NCBI GenBank assembly: GCA_965214705.1
Contig: OZ243972.1
Span: forward strand, 448,001 to 512,000
Direction: 5' to 3'
Length of the DNA stretch: 64,000 nucleotides
Origin: Alphaproteobacteria bacterium
GTDB lineage: Bacteria; Pseudomonadota; Alphaproteobacteria; UBA828
Positions 9,121 through 18,667 of this stretch are shown here, in pieces (position 1 is the stretch's first letter; each line of letters starts with the position of its first letter). The notes under the pieces were generated by a model that was given only the letters and a program-made list of their open reading frames with translations, was not told where the DNA came from and made no database searches. The position numbers and the translations under genes are program-made.

Positions 9121-9766
9121 GACGCCCGCGCGGCCGAGGGCGCAGCAGTGGCCGGCACCGACCATGGTGCCGCCACCGCTCGTTCCCGTCCCCTGAAGCC
9201 CCTGAGCGTCGCGGGCAGCCTCGTCCCAACCAGCAGGACCAAACCATCCGTTCAACCCTCAAGGGGCGAACGGATATGCGTCGTCGCAGCTTGCTCATCG
9301 ATCCGGAAAAGCCGGATCTATCCGAGAAATCCGCGCCTCCGGCGCTCAAATCAATCCGGCAAAGCCGTCGTCATATTGCGTGCGAAACAACAACGTGCTT
9401 GAGGGGAAGCTGTTCTGCGATCCTTCCCCGACCGACAGCCCTGGCACGGACTGCGCCATTCTGCTGGCAACGAGGGACATCCTGGCCGGAGACATTGCCC
9501 TCAACTGGAGCCGCACCGTGCCCGTCAACGGTTGGCGGGGCGTGACGGTGGAAGGCCCGGAGGGACGCGTCACCGGGCTGGATCTGGCGGGATTTGGATT
9601 GAACGGCCGTATCCCCCCGGATCTTGGCCGCCTGGACCGCCTCGTTTCGCTGTCCCTTGGACGCAATCGGCTTACCGTAAGCGGTATCGGGCCCCCATAC
9701 TTCCAGCGGATCTGATTTCGGGGCTGACTCTCCGCCTTGACCACGAGCCACACAGGAGAGATCGCG

Positions 9767-10192
9767 ATGACAGATTCGATTTTGGCATCTGGCGACGGTG
9801 TCGTTGTTGCTTCGGTTGAGATTCCAGCTTCTGAGGGAGCCGCCCCGGCTCCGTCTGAGCCGGCCCCCATGCGACGCTGGCCGGACGATGAGAAGGCGCG
9901 GATTGTCTCGGAGAGCTTTGAGCCGGGCTCTTCGGTTGCGGCGGTCGCGCGCCGCCATGGCGTCAGCGATACGACCCTGACCAAGTGGCGGCGGCGCGCG
10001 CGGGAGGGAACTCTTCCGGGCGCTCGGATTGGTGGCTCTGCACCGCCATTTGTTCCCGTGGTGGTTGATAGCGTGACGTCCGAGCGGACGGTGGCGATCG
10101 AGGCGCTGGGCGTGGTCGTTCGCCTTCCGGTGGAGAGCGCGGTCGATCGGATCGTGGCTGTGGCCTCGGGTCTGGGTCGGGCGTCGTCATGA
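9767..10192 (+). CDS. tnpA: IS66 TnpA (HTH)
   Basis: RRWPDDEKARIVSES..PG.SVAAVARRHG motif. Confidence 0.9.
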   Translation: MTDSILASGDGVVVASVEIPASEGAAPAPSEPAPMRRWPDDEKARIVSESFEPGSSVAAVARRHGVSDTTLTKWRRRAREGTLPGARIGGSAPPFVPVVVDSVTSERTVAIEALGVVVRLPVESAVDRIVAVASGLGRASS

Positions 10193-10539
10193 TCGCGGCC
10201 CCCTCGCTTCGCATCGTGCTGGCGACGCGGCCGGTTGATTTTCGTCGCGGCCACGACGCGCTTGCGGCGACGGCGGCGGGGGAGCTGGATCTCGATATCT
10301 ATTCCGGGGTGATCGTGATCTTCCGTTCGCGCCGCGGCGACAGGCTCAAGCTTCTCACCTGGGACGGGACCGGCCTGGTGATGACCTACAAGCGTCTGGA
10401 GCAGGGCCGCTTCGCCTGGCCCCGGATCGAGGACGGTGTGATGCGCCTCACGAAGGGCCAGTTCGAGGCCCTGTTCGAGGGCCTTGACTGGCGCCGGGTC
10501 AAGGCCCTCCCGGTTCGCCGCCCGCTGGCGGCGGAGTGA
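10189..10539 (+). CDS. tnpB: IS66 accessory protein TnpB
   Basis: PVDFRRGHD, DRLKLLTWDGTG...KRLE. Confidence 0.93.
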   Translation: MIAAPSLRIVLATRPVDFRRGHDALAATAAGELDLDIYSGVIVIFRSRRGDRLKLLTWDGTGLVMTYKRLEQGRFAWPRIEDGVMRLTKGQFEALFEGLDWRRVKALPVRRPLAAE

Positions 10540-10632
10540 GGCGGCACGCAGGCGGGGCCGCAGATTTCGGTCGCGGTCCCGCCTGCACTTTTCCCTGGTC
10601 ATGCATTGGCGAATCGGATTAAGGGGTGGCCC

Positions 10633-12571
10633 ATGCCGAAGGTCACGCCCTCACCCCTCAGCAGCGCCGGTTCGCCGTCGCCTGCGGTGGTTTCGGCGGC
10701 GCTGGCGGCCCTGCATGCGGAGCTTGACGACGAGCGCGCGGCGCGCCGGGCGACGGAAGCAGCCCTATGCGAAGCGGAGCAGGCACGCGGCGCGGCGGAG
10801 GCGGCGAGGCAGACGGCGGAAGCGCGGGCGGCACGGCTGGAGGCCGAGAACGCGCACAGCGCGGAGCAGATCAGCCGGCTTGAGCATCTCAACAAGGAGC
10901 TCAGGAAGGCGCTGTTCGGTCCGCGCTCCGAGAAGCTCAACGAGGACGAGCGCCAGCTTACGTTCGAGGAGTTTTGGGCGGCGATCGCTGAAGCCGGCGG
11001 TCGGCCTGAGGCAGATGACCAGGAGCAGGACGAGGGGGCTGGCGGCAAGCGCCGGCGGCGCTCTTCCCGGGGGTCGCGCAGCGGGGTGCGCTTCGGGCCC
11101 CAGGTCGACCGGCGCGAGGAGGTGATTGAGCCGGACACGATCATGTGCCCCTGCGGCTGCGGCGAGATGACGAAGATCGGCGAGGACCGCAGCGAGCGTC
11201 TGGACTATGAGCCGGCGAAGTTCACCGTCATCGAGACCGTGCGCCCCCGCTACGCCTGCAACAAGTGCAAGGGGGGCGGGGTGGTGCAGTCGCCGGCGCC
11301 GGCCGCTCTGGTCGAGGGCGGCCTTCCCACCGAGGCTCTTCTGGCGCAGGTGCTGATCGCGAAGTACGGCGATCATTGCCCGCTCTACCGTCAGTCGCAG
11401 ATTTACGAGCGCTCGGGGATCGAGGTTCACCGTGCGACGCTGGCGACGTGGGTGGGCCAGGCGTCGTTTCACCTGCGCCCCGTGGTCGCTTGCCTGGAGG
11501 ATGAGCTGAAGAAGTCGGATCACCTGGGTCTGGACGAGACCACGATCCGCGTTCTCGACCCGGGCCGGGGCAAGACGAAGACGGGCTACATGTGGACCCT
11601 TGTGCGCGACGAGCGCCACTGGAGCGGCGCCGACCCGCCGGGCGTTGTCTATCGCTATGAGCCCGGTCGCGGCGGCAAGTATGGCGCCAGGCTCTTGAAG
11701 GGCTTTTCGGGGACGGTGCAGCTCGACGGCTACTCGGGCCACAACACCCTGGCGCGGCCGGACCGGGCGGAAGGCCCTGTGACGCGGGCCCTCTGTTGGG
11801 CGCACGTAAGACGGAAGCTGAAAGAGGTATACGACTCGAGCGCATCGCCGATCGCGCTGGCCGGTCTGAATCGGATCGCGAAGCTCTATGCGATCGAGAA
11901 GAAGATCCGGGGCAAGCCGCCGGCGGAGCGCCGCGCGATCCGTTGGGAGGAGTCGGCGCCGATCGTGAACACCTTCGGTGTCTGGCTCGACGAGCAGCGC
12001 TCGCGCGTCTCACCGCGCTCCCGTCTCGGCGAGAAGCTGACCTATATCGCCAACCAGTGGGACGGGCTGCTGGAGTTCCTGCACGACGGCCGCGTCGAGA
12101 TCGACTCGAACCTGGTGGAAAACCGAATCCGGCCGCTGAAGCTCAGAGCCTGGCCGGAAATGAATTGAGTGGAATCAGACACTTGTGATTCACTTCCTGT
12201 GCTTCACAACACGGGGAACCACAAGATGTGAATCGACGCCAACCGGGAGAAGTATGAGCGCGGGGGACTTCGCGCACTCGCCTAGCTCCTGATCGCCAGC
12301 ATCCAGCCCTTCATCTGGAGACTCGCAACGCTATGAAAATAAACGATTCATTTCCGGCCAGGCTCTCACAGCCAAGAATGCGCTCTTCGCCGGCAACGAC
12401 GAGGGTGCGCAAGCTTGGGCCCGCATCGCCTCGCTGATCGAGACCTGCAAGATGAACGGCGTCGAGCCCTACGCCTGGATGCGGAGCACGCTCGAGAAGA
12501 TCGCTAAGGGCCACCCGCAGTCGGGCATCCAGGAGCTTCTGCCGTGGAACTTCCAGCCCGAGGCAAAGTGA
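10633..12571 (+). pseudogene. tnpC: IS66 TnpC transposase interrupted near its C-terminus by a MITE
   Basis: LFGPRSEK, LDETT, CWAHVRRK, IDSNLVENRIRP. Removing the MITE restores PLKLTAKNALFAG...LLPWNF. Confidence 0.92.
12146..12365 (+). mobile_element. 220-bp MITE, internal-deletion derivative of an IS5 (IS1031-like) element
   Basis: 20-bp perfect IR gagcctggccggaaatgaat, 3-bp TSD tca; retains decayed N-terminal (DANREKYERGGLR) and C-terminal (LLIASIQ.FI.RLA) transposase remnants. Confidence 0.88.
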
Positions 12572-12724
12572 CTCGCGCGCTCACGGCGCTCATCCAAAAC
12601 TCTCCGTAGTCAACCCAGATTCCGGTATGGGGTCTGCGTACCGCTTACGTTGTGCCGACGCCGATCCTGGATCGGGAAGTTGCCGAACGACCTGGCCCAC
12701 TGCCTGTCTGCGGCAAGGCCGCGC

Positions 12725-13441
12725 TCATGGCGGCAGGAGCGCCATCAGCGGCGCGTTGGAGAGGAACTCGACCTGGTCGGGCCGCAGCTTGGCGAAGGCG
12801 AGGCAGGCGGCCGCCTCGGCCTCGGTCTCGAAGGTCCCCAGCTCCCGCGAGGTCTGCAACTCGATCACGGTGATCTGCGGCGGCCGGAGCGCCACCAGAT
12901 GACGCTCGGGTGCGCGGGAGTTGGAACGATATGCGCAACGCGGACAGCGGGCTGCGCCGCCGGCAGGCGCCTTGCAGTCTACGCAGATGCTCTGCGCGCG
13001 CCTCGCGGCATAGCGGCGCTTCCCGGCGGCGCTCTTTTGCCCGGGACGGATGCGCTCCTTCTCCAGCGCGAGGCACCGGCCGCAGCGCGACAGGCCTCCG
13101 ACCGTGGGCTGCGTGCAGCGTACGCAGCGGCCGGCAGCCTGGCGTGCGGCATAGCGCCGGCGGTCGCGTGCGCGCCTGGCCTCGCGGCACGGCTCGCAGA
13201 CGGAGCGATCCTCCTCCGGTCGGCGGCGGCCGCACGACGAGCAAAGTCCCGCCGCCTGACGCGCCCGGCGGGCGCGCTCGGCGGCGCGGCGCTTCTCGGC
13301 GCAGCCTGTACACACCGAGCGGCCGGGTTCGGGCGGAACGCGGCCGCAGCGGGTACAAGTTCCGCTCGCACTTCGTTCGGCGTGGCGCTGACGGTTGCGG
13401 CGATCCCGCGCCTTCTTCTTCACAGGGTCCCTGAGCGGCAC
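12725..13441 (-). CDS. Hypothetical protein with four CxxC-x(9-11)-CxxC zinc-finger-like repeats separated by Arg-rich helices
   Basis: GTCTRCG..CTGC, GLCSSCG..CEPC, GRCVRC..CGRC, SICVDC..CPRC. Confidence 0.75.
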   Translation of the reverse strand: MPLRDPVKKKARDRRNRQRHAERSASGTCTRCGRVPPEPGRSVCTGCAEKRRAAERARRARQAAGLCSSCGRRRPEEDRSVCEPCREARRARDRRRYAARQAAGRCVRCTQPTVGGLSRCGRCLALEKERIRPGQKSAAGKRRYAARRAQSICVDCKAPAGGAARCPRCAYRSNSRAPERHLVALRPPQITVIELQTSRELGTFETEAEAAACLAFAKLRPDQVEFLSNAPLMALLPP

Positions 13442-14029
13442 GGCCGGCCATCCCGGTCAGCGCGCGTAGCGGGCGGCGAACAGGCCCGTCGCATTCAAGC
13501 CGTAGAGCTGGATCCCGGAGCCTGCAAGCTTAACGCCTGTGCAAACGATGATCTCGTCGGATTCGGGCCGCATCTCACGAACGGCCCTGCGCGAGACGAT
13601 CGTCCTGCGTGGCCTGCGACGGCTCTTTGTCTTGGGCTGCTCCGCCTGGATGGGCTCGATCCCGCCGTTGGGCTGCGAGCGGTATTTCTCGACAACGTAG
13701 CGGCTGTCCTCGAGGCCTTGCCCAAACAGGTGAACCAGAAACGTCTGCGCGTCGCGATGGAACATCCGGCCGGTCCGCATTGTGCCGTCTCCCCCGGTGG
13801 TGGTTGCCGACGGCGGGGACCCGCTCCGCAGCGCCGCCCCCGCCGCCCGCGTCACGGCCTGTCCTCCGCCTATCCCGGACGCGCAGGCACGACATGGCTG
13901 AGCGGCGACAGGCGAATGGCGCGTGACACGAACAGCGACCAGGCTATTGGCGTGAACGCCGCACCCGGCACGCTCATGGCCGGGAGGAGCACGCGGCGGC
14001 GCGATGGCCGGAGGGTGCATCCGGTTGAT

Positions 14030-14902
14030 ATGATGCAAACTATGCCCAGGCGGAAAGCGTGGACGGCGGCGGCGGGGGACGCTCAGCCGGACCTGTTCGC
14101 CGAAGGTTACCGGGTCCCTGCGCCCCCGACCGGCCGGGTGATCGTGCCTGCCGACGGCCTGGAGGCGGCCAGGAAGCTCGGCGACGAGACGTTGATCGCG
14201 ACGCTTCGGCGATCGAGCCCGTCCAAGATCGAGCCTTTGTGCTCGGAGGTCGTGTCACGGTCTCTGGAGGGGGCGGTGCCGGTATTGGAGGAGCTGTGGC
14301 GGCGCTTCGTCGGTTTCGGCATCGACGTGCCGCTGCGGGAGCAGCGCGCCGTGTTGCGCACCCTGGCGCGACTTGACTGTGCCTCTGCCCGTGCGGCGCT
14401 GAAGAGGATCGTGTTGTGGAAGGGCTTGCCGGCTTCGCAGCTGCCGCTCGCGCTTCGGGCTGCGGCGGACGCCGGGCTCGTGCTTCCTGCCGCCTTCGTC
14501 GGCCCGCTGCTGGGCCACGGGGACGCGGCGGTTCGGGAGCCGGCGTTCGCACTAGGGCTGAAGGCCGGCGTCTCCGACCTCCTGCTTCGTGGCGGCCTCA
14601 CGGACCTGTCGGTGCCGGTTCGCCGAGCGGCGGCGGTCGCGCTGGGCAACCGGGGCAATGCCGATGTCAGGGAAGCCTTGATCGCCGAGCTTGCAGCGGA
14701 TCCGTCGCGGGCCGTGATCGAGGCGCTCGCGGCCATCGGCGGCGACGACGGGATCGTCCACCTGGGCCGCTGCGCCGAGCGCCACCCCGCGCTCGCGGGT
14801 GCCGTGGTCGTCGCCCTGCGCGACATGGAGAGCCCGCGGGCTGAACGACTGGCCGGGCGCCTGGAATCGCAAGGCCGGGTCCCGGGCGCCGATGGCGCCT
14901 GA
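14030..14902 (+). CDS. HEAT-repeat-like protein
   Basis: LLGHGDAAVREPA, LTDLSVPVRRAAAVALG repeats; 3' part of ORF 12650-14902; start uncertain. Confidence 0.7.
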   Translation: MMQTMPRRKAWTAAAGDAQPDLFAEGYRVPAPPTGRVIVPADGLEAARKLGDETLIATLRRSSPSKIEPLCSEVVSRSLEGAVPVLEELWRRFVGFGIDVPLREQRAVLRTLARLDCASARAALKRIVLWKGLPASQLPLALRAAADAGLVLPAAFVGPLLGHGDAAVREPAFALGLKAGVSDLLLRGGLTDLSVPVRRAAAVALGNRGNADVREALIAELAADPSRAVIEALAAIGGDDGIVHLGRCAERHPALAGAVVVALRDMESPRAERLAGRLESQGRVPGADGA

Positions 14903-14953
14903 GAGGCCCGTGGTCGCCCGCAGGCGGCCGGCGACGGGTACCCGGCCCTCTCG

Positions 14954-15364
14954 ATGGTGGTGAAGGCGGCAGGCGCCGACAAGCGCCGGCGATCCGCCGC
15001 TGTGGATGCAGGCGAGCGGCCGGGCTATGCCCTGCCGTCCGACCTGGAAGGCTCGCTGCGTTACCTCTCTGACGGCGAGCTCGACCGGCTGTTGCGTGCG
15101 GTCGCCGGGGAGGCGCGGCGGCGCGGACGCCCGCTTGCCGGCGAGCCCGCCCCGCCCGCGGTCTCGGCATTGGAGAAACAGGCGGCGTCACCGGCAAAGG
15201 GCAGAACGAAGACGCGGCCTGTGCCGGTCCCACCGGGTCAGGCGAGGCTCATCCGCGCCGCCCATGAAGCGGGCGTGAAGCCTGGGGCCATCGCGCGGGA
15301 GCTGCGGCTGTCGCGCGCGCAGGTGGAACACGTCATCGGCGCACCGAGGCGAGGGAGGGGCTGA
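14954..15364 (+). CDS. Hypothetical protein with C-terminal HTH-like segment
   Basis: LPSDLEGSLRYLSDGEL; LIRAAHEAGVKPGAIARELRLSRAQV. Confidence 0.7.
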   Translation: MVVKAAGADKRRRSAAVDAGERPGYALPSDLEGSLRYLSDGELDRLLRAVAGEARRRGRPLAGEPAPPAVSALEKQAASPAKGRTKTRPVPVPPGQARLIRAAHEAGVKPGAIARELRLSRAQVEHVIGAPRRGRG

Positions 15365-15428
15365 GCAGCGTCGCCACCGGTCCTGCGCTGCGACGCCGTC
15401 ATCGCAGGCGCGGGTGCCGCCGCGCTCC

Positions 15429-17021
15429 CTATCCGGCGCCGGGCCAATGGCCCCCGTCCGGCAGGCCCAGGGCGAGACCGTACTCCTCCTCCTGCCAGGC
15501 CGCGATGCTGGCGGTGAGGATGTGCTCCATGATCGGCACCTTCTTCAGCGCCCGCCCGTCGAGCAGCGCCGCTGCCGTCGCCGCGAAGGACCGCCACTCC
15601 CCGGCCCCGCTGCCGGCCCTCAGGACGTGCGCGGTCCTCAGCATCAGAAGTGCCCAGTAGCCGCGCCGCTCCTCCAGGCGCGTCCACAAGGCCGCTTCCA
15701 GCTGCCGCGGGCCGGGCGCACGGTCGAGCGCCTCGTCCACCACCACCGTGCTCTCGCACCAGGCGACGATCAGCGGGTGATCGAGCGGCCACCCGGCGCT
15801 GCGGCGGACAAGCCCGTTCCGCTCGCGGGCCGAGAGCCCCGCAATCCCGTCTTCCGGATCGACGAGCGCCAGCCACTCCGCCGCCGCCATCGGCCGGGGC
15901 CGCAGGTCGCCCAGGCCGCAGGCGTCCGCCACGTCCAGAAGGCCCGCCGCCGGCGGGCGCCCGGCCTCGAGACCGTCCGCCAGCGCCGCCGAAAGCGCCG
16001 GCTCCAACGCCGGCCAGGCCACGGCGAAGCCGCCGGACTCGGCCACATGGCTCGGCACCACCTCCTCGATGCCCTCCCCCTGCGCCAGGAACGCCTCCTT
16101 CACCCCCTCGCCGCTCTTGAGCAGCACCAGCGCCGCAGCAGGGCCGTCCTCGCCCTCCAGCGAGGCCGCAAAGGTCTGGCCGCCCGTGCCGTCCGGCACC
16201 GTCTCGAACAGCTGCAGCCGCCGCAGGCCGCGCCCCTCCAGCGGACCCACAGGTCCGCGCCGCCGCGCCTCGCGCAGCGCCGTGTCGAGAAGAGAACGTG
16301 CGCCGTCGGCAGGAAGCCAGCTCCGGAGCGGGGGCAGCGACCCCGCAGTCCCGGAATCGAGGGCGCCACGGCGCGCCCGTTCCAGTAGTCCCCCGGCAGC
16401 AGCGTGGCGGACCTCCTCCGCACGGTCCAGCAGCCAGTAGAGCGCAAGGCGGCCGCACAACGCCTCGTCCCGCACCGCGACACCGTGCACGAAGCCGGGA
16501 CGCTGCGGCGCGGGTATCAGGCTCAGCATGTCCTGCAGCGTCGCGTGCAGGCGGTGCGTGTCGTCCCCCGCCTCCCGCCGCAGGCTGTCGAGCTCGGCGA
16601 CGAAGTCGCCCGAATACCCGTCGCTCGCAGCCTGCGCCTCGATGGCGCAGAGCAGGAACGAGGTCAGGGTCTCGGGCGCGTCGATCTCCGCGCGGGCGTA
16701 GGCCCGCCCGAGCGACAGGGCGGTCCCGGCGTCGAGGCCGCCTGACGCGGCCAGACCCTCGATCGTCTCCTGCGCCTCCGCCAGGAAGCCCGCGCCAAGG
16801 CGCCCCCCGTTCTCCCGGTCCAGGCCGGCCTGCCCGACCAGAGCCTCGAACAGACGCAGACGCCGCGCCGCGTCCCGCTGCGGGTCCAGAAGAAGCGTCC
16901 GCGCGATCCCCGGCGTTCCCAGCAGCGCAGGGGCGTGGCGCATCGCCAGGCGTATCGCGGCCGCAGAGCCGTTGCCGCCAAGCTCGTCGAGCCACTCGCC
17001 GATCCCATCGCCGCCGGGCAA
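15429..17021 (-). CDS. Hypothetical 530-aa protein, paralogue of 35029-36597
   Basis: Collinear shared motifs (ENxGRLGAGFLxEA, LALYWLLD, PDGxGxQ, GVKEAFL, RRGYW, WRSFAATAAAL). Confidence 0.85.
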   Translation of the reverse strand: MPGGDGIGEWLDELGGNGSAAAIRLAMRHAPALLGTPGIARTLLLDPQRDAARRLRLFEALVGQAGLDRENGGRLGAGFLAEAQETIEGLAASGGLDAGTALSLGRAYARAEIDAPETLTSFLLCAIEAQAASDGYSGDFVAELDSLRREAGDDTHRLHATLQDMLSLIPAPQRPGFVHGVAVRDEALCGRLALYWLLDRAEEVRHAAAGGLLERARRGALDSGTAGSLPPLRSWLPADGARSLLDTALREARRRGPVGPLEGRGLRRLQLFETVPDGTGGQTFAASLEGEDGPAAALVLLKSGEGVKEAFLAQGEGIEEVVPSHVAESGGFAVAWPALEPALSAALADGLEAGRPPAAGLLDVADACGLGDLRPRPMAAAEWLALVDPEDGIAGLSARERNGLVRRSAGWPLDHPLIVAWCESTVVVDEALDRAPGPRQLEAALWTRLEERRGYWALLMLRTAHVLRAGSGAGEWRSFAATAAALLDGRALKKVPIMEHILTASIAAWQEEEYGLALGLPDGGHWPGAG

Positions 17022-17115
17022 GGGTCCCTTCCCTTCAGTCGGGGAGAGCGAGGGGAAGCCGGAGCGTCACCTGGAAGGTGCGCGCCATCGCGCCCGGCGG
17101 CGCTCGTCCAAGGTT

Positions 17116-17157
17116 AAGGGTTGGGCAGGTTCTCGAGAGAGAACCTGCCCAACCCTT
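17116..17157. repeat. Perfect 19-bp hairpin abutting the IS91-like element end
   Basis: aagggttgggcaggttctc-gaga-gagaacctgcccaaccctt. Confidence 0.9.
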
Positions 17158-17419
17158 TTGAACGGAGGCGCGGGCCACGAGAGGCGAAGTTGAGCTATGT
17201 GGAAAGTGCGCCGATGTCAGCGTCAGGCGGCATCCACCGGCAGCAGAGTTGCGCATGAGATCGACGCTCGCGGCGGTCTTTCGGCAGGCATGCGGGCGCA
17301 CGCTGCGAGGACTGAGCGGGGTGTGAGCCGAGGGCTGTCAGCCCGGCTCAAACGGAGACAGGTTCGGTCGTGCGTCGGCGCTTTGGCGCCGTTGCGCGGG
17401 GCCGAAGCGAGCGGGCGTC

Positions 17420-18661
17420 TCACGGTTTCCCCCTGTGGGTCGGCGGCACGGGCGGCGGGCCGCGCGTCGAGCGGGGCTCATGGCGGCGGCGGATTTCGCG
17501 GACGAGGCGCATGACGCCGCCGCAGTGGGGGCAGGCCACGGGCGCGGTGTCGATCACGGTCTCTTCGTCGGGCTCGGCCCGAGCGCCGCCCACGCTTTCC
17601 TCGGGGACGGCGCAGCCGAGGGCGCCGAGAGCGTGGCGTGCTCTCTCCAGCGTACTGGCGCGGCAGCCGTTGGCGAGGATGCCGAAGTAGCGGATGCGGT
17701 GCATGCCGTCCGGCAGGACGTGCATCAGGAAGCGGCGGATGAACTCGTCGGCGCTCACGGTGGCGATGCCGTAGCGCGGCTTTCTCTGCCCCGGCGCCTT
17801 CGGCTTGCGGTGGCGGAAGGAGACCGTCTCGCCGTCGAAGGAGACGATGCGGCTGTCGGAGATGGCGATTCTGTGAGTGTAGTGCGAGAGGTACCGGAAG
17901 ACCTGCTCAGGCCCGCGGAAGGGCCGCTTGGCGTAGACCACCCAGTCCCTGGCCCGGGCGGCGGCAAGCGTGGCGTGGAACTCGCCGGGATTGGCGAGGT
18001 GGGCGAGGGTGCCGTGGAACTCCAGGTCCCCCCGGCCGTGGGCGCGGGCGAGCTCCTCGAGGAAGAGGCGGCGGAACAGGCTGCCGAGGACCTTGACGGG
18101 GGCGAGGAAGGTGGTGCTCCCCGTCTTCCACTCGCCGCTGTCTACGTCGAAGCCCGCGTTGGGCACGACCACGTGCAGGTGCGGGTGGAAGCGGAGCTTC
18201 TGATCCCAGGTATGGAGGACCGCGGTGCCGCCGATGCGCATGCCGCCGTGGCGGGGATCGGCGGCGATGGTGCGCAGGGTCTCGGCCGTGGCCCGGAAGA
18301 GGATGTCGAACACCACCCTTCGGTTGCAGAAGGCAATGGCGGCGACCTCCTTGGGCAGGGTGAAGACCACATGGAAGTAGGGCACCGGCAGGATGTCCCC
18401 GGCGCGGGCCTCGCTCCAGAGGTTGGCGGCGAGACCCTGGCAGGTCGGGCAGTGGCGGTTGCGGCAGGAGTTGAAGAGCGGATGCTCGCGCCCGCAGCCC
18501 TCGCAGGCGTACATGTGGCCGCCGAGCACGGCGGTGCGGCACGCCTCGATGGCGCCCATGACCTTGAGCCGGGCGGCGTCGATGCGCCCTTTGTGGCGCT
18601 CACGGAAAGCGGCGCCGGCGCGGCGGAGGATCTCCGCCACGCCCGCGCGTTCGGCCTCCAC
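17420..18661 (-). CDS. IS91-family rolling-circle (HUH, Y2) transposase
   Basis: NSCRNRHCPTCQ, YFHVVFTLP, LHTW...HPHLH, YLSHY, F..RFLMHVLP.G.HRIRYFG. Confidence 0.95.
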   Translation of the reverse strand: MEAERAGVAEILRRAGAAFRERHKGRIDAARLKVMGAIEACRTAVLGGHMYACEGCGREHPLFNSCRNRHCPTCQGLAANLWSEARAGDILPVPYFHVVFTLPKEVAAIAFCNRRVVFDILFRATAETLRTIAADPRHGGMRIGGTAVLHTWDQKLRFHPHLHVVVPNAGFDVDSGEWKTGSTTFLAPVKVLGSLFRRLFLEELARAHGRGDLEFHGTLAHLANPGEFHATLAAARARDWVVYAKRPFRGPEQVFRYLSHYTHRIAISDSRIVSFDGETVSFRHRKPKAPGQRKPRYGIATVSADEFIRRFLMHVLPDGMHRIRYFGILANGCRASTLERARHALGALGCAVPEESVGGARAEPDEETVIDTAPVACPHCGGVMRLVREIRRRHEPRSTRGPPPVPPTHRGKP

Positions 18662-18667
18662 GCGCCG

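Larger units (their letters stand above)
5541..9392 (+). mobile_element. Four-gene Mu/IS21/IS481-like transposable element, copy 1
   Basis: Terminal IR tgttgtttcgca, 5-bp TSD acgtg (5536-5540, 9393-9397), repeated internal cggMtttNNcggatNgat-like sites near the right end; second copy at 25238-28914. Confidence 0.93.
4629..9676 (+). pseudogene. Disrupted paralogue of the O-antigen-ligase/LRR fusion gene (49254-55349)
   Basis: 4629-5540 and 9393-9676 closely match the 5' part of the 2031-aa gene. It is split by the element at 5541-9392 and truncated by IS66 at 9677. Confidence 0.93.
9677..12648 (+). mobile_element. IS66-family element
   Basis: IR gtaagcggta...taccgcttac; tnpA-tnpB-tnpC order; no TSD, consistent with an adjacent deletion. 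Confidence 0.95.

Noticed and set aside
13457-13780. Possible 107-aa minus-strand ORF upstream of the zinc-finger gene
   Set aside because: No recognisable motif or clear RBS; cannot be supported.
12650-14029. N-terminal 460 aa of the 750-aa ORF 12650-14902
   Set aside because: Low-complexity and antisense to the zinc-finger gene; only the part from about 14030 looks like a protein.
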